Origin: Octopus vulgaris
Lineage: Eukaryota
Assembly (NCBI GenBank): GCA_951406725.2
Contig: OX597828.1
Span: forward strand, 62,930,001-62,994,000
Length of the DNA stretch: 64,000 nt
Direction of reading: 5' to 3'
Shown: positions 62,536 through 64,000 of the stretch, piece by piece
How positions within the stretch are numbered: the first letter of the stretch is position 1
Layout: each line of letters starts with the position of its first letter
Position numbers and translations under genes: made by a program
The notes under the pieces: model-generated
Database searches by the model: none
Told to the model about the DNA's origin: nothing
The model's input: only the letters and a program-made list of their open reading frames with translations

Positions 62536-63089
62536 TAGATGAGTGTATTTTTACCTTGTTAGCAATTAACACGGAAAAATAAATAAATAGTTACCAGGGC
62601 AGCAAAAATCTCACAAGATGTTGTAACTCCTTGTTTATAAAGGTTGAAACTTCATTTTTTATTCATATTATTCAAAATATTCAACGTAAACACGAAGTTA
62701 ACGCAGGTTTAAACAAGTATTAAACCTGCGTTAACTCCATTTTTTATTCATGTATATACATATATATACACATATATATATACATACATATATATACATA
62801 TATATATATACATATATACATATATATATATACATATATACATATATATATATACATATATACATACATATATATACATATATATATATACATATATAAT
62901 AGAAATATTAAAATTACTAAGTCTCTATAAATGAGATTACGGCAGCGTTTACTGGAAATTAATTGTTATCGCCATATTAATATGACATTCTTATAGATAT
63001 AAGAATAATCGCTGCCGCTGGTCAGCTCCATGAGGCCACCGCCTTAAGATAGCCATTTATACACGATCTGTATCCGTTATAACGACCGA

Positions 63090-63970
63090 GAGGCCTTTTA
63101 TCACCAGCAGGGGTAAGAGCTCCCTGAACTTAGTCGAGGCTATTCTTATTCTAGCAGTTACACTTTCAGCTCACCCACCCCCACTACTGACTTGGTCACC
63201 TAGGTAACAGAAGCTATCAACTATTTCTAGTTTTTTCCCCTGGAAAGTGACAGAAGTTGTTTTCTGCAGATTTTCAGAGTTTATTGCTCCTGAGCATCTG
63301 CCACATACAAAAACTATCTTCCTAGTTAGCCTTCCTTTGACATTGCTGCACCTCTTATGTGTCCATAGCTTACACTGGGTACATCTTATAGAATTTCTAC
63401 CTACGCCTTTTCTACAGATCGAGCAGGGCCATCTACCTGAAGGCACTTGTGGTTTGTCTACCTTCCTACTTATTAGTACTTTGGTTTTAGCAAGGTTGAC
63501 TCTAAGGCCCCTCGATTCTAATCTCTCCTTCCAGGTACAGGGGCTTATCTTTGGCTAGGTATTTCTCCTGCAGCTGTCTCACCAGAAATATGGCATCAGT
63601 GGTGCTTTTCCCTGGCACGAAACCAAACTGCATCTCGTCCAAGTTGACTCTCTCCCTAATCAGTTGGGCTATGACCCTCTCCATAACCTTCATTACCTGA
63701 TCCAACAGCTTGATACCTCTGTAATTATTTCCTTTACCTTTGTAGCAGTTGACTATTATGCTGCTACACCAGTCATTGGGTATGACTCCTTCGTGTATCA
63801 CCTGGTTAACTATATGGGTGACTAGGTTATAGCCGACACTGCCAGATATTTTGAGCATCTCTGCAGTAATTCCCTGTCTTCATGCTTCTAATTGCCTTAA
63901 CTACCAAAGAACTGTCAACTCGGATAGCTGGTCCCTCTGTTGGGTTGACATTCGGCAGACTCTCTTTTGC
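63090..63970 (-). mobile_element. Internally deleted RTE RT fragment
   Basis: [26 protein letters not shown] finger. YADD region deleted. Confidence 0.88.
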
Positions 63971-64000
63971 ATATATATAGGTATACATATATATATATGC

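Overview
Eukaryotic, intron-rich, repeat-dense animal DNA. The repeat families and giant (TA)n arrays suggest an octopus/coleoid cephalopod (inference, not verified). Two host genes converge: the last two coding exons of PPCDC (+, 2720-3689) and nine exons of a Sec14/CRAL-TRIO + PTP phosphatase, PTPN9/MEG2 (-, 55312-42932; 5' exons not found in the window). The ~39 kb between them and the large PTPN9 intron hold kilobase (TA)n arrays packed with CR1-group LINEs (3 families), RTE LINEs, Penelope-like elements, tRNA-derived SINEs and two Tc1/mariner elements. There is one 100-N gap. Main observations: (1) a genomic CR1 copy with a dense cluster of sense-strand A>G changes, as expected if an ADAR-hyperedited RNA was retrotransposed; (2) a probable -1 ribosomal frameshift joining CR1 ORF1 (Myb/SANT-like + CCCH) to ORF2, with one copy fused in frame; (3) several minimal type I hammerhead ribozymes in small non-coding elements; (4) a LINE/SINE 3' tail apparently exonised into the PPCDC C-terminus; (5) RTE elements with a PHD finger inside the RT and a ~62-nt double-hairpin array in the 3' UTR; (6) recurrent insertion of unrelated retroelements into (TA)n. 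All comparisons were made by eye. Most long ORFs in the track (IYIY...) are microsatellite artefacts.
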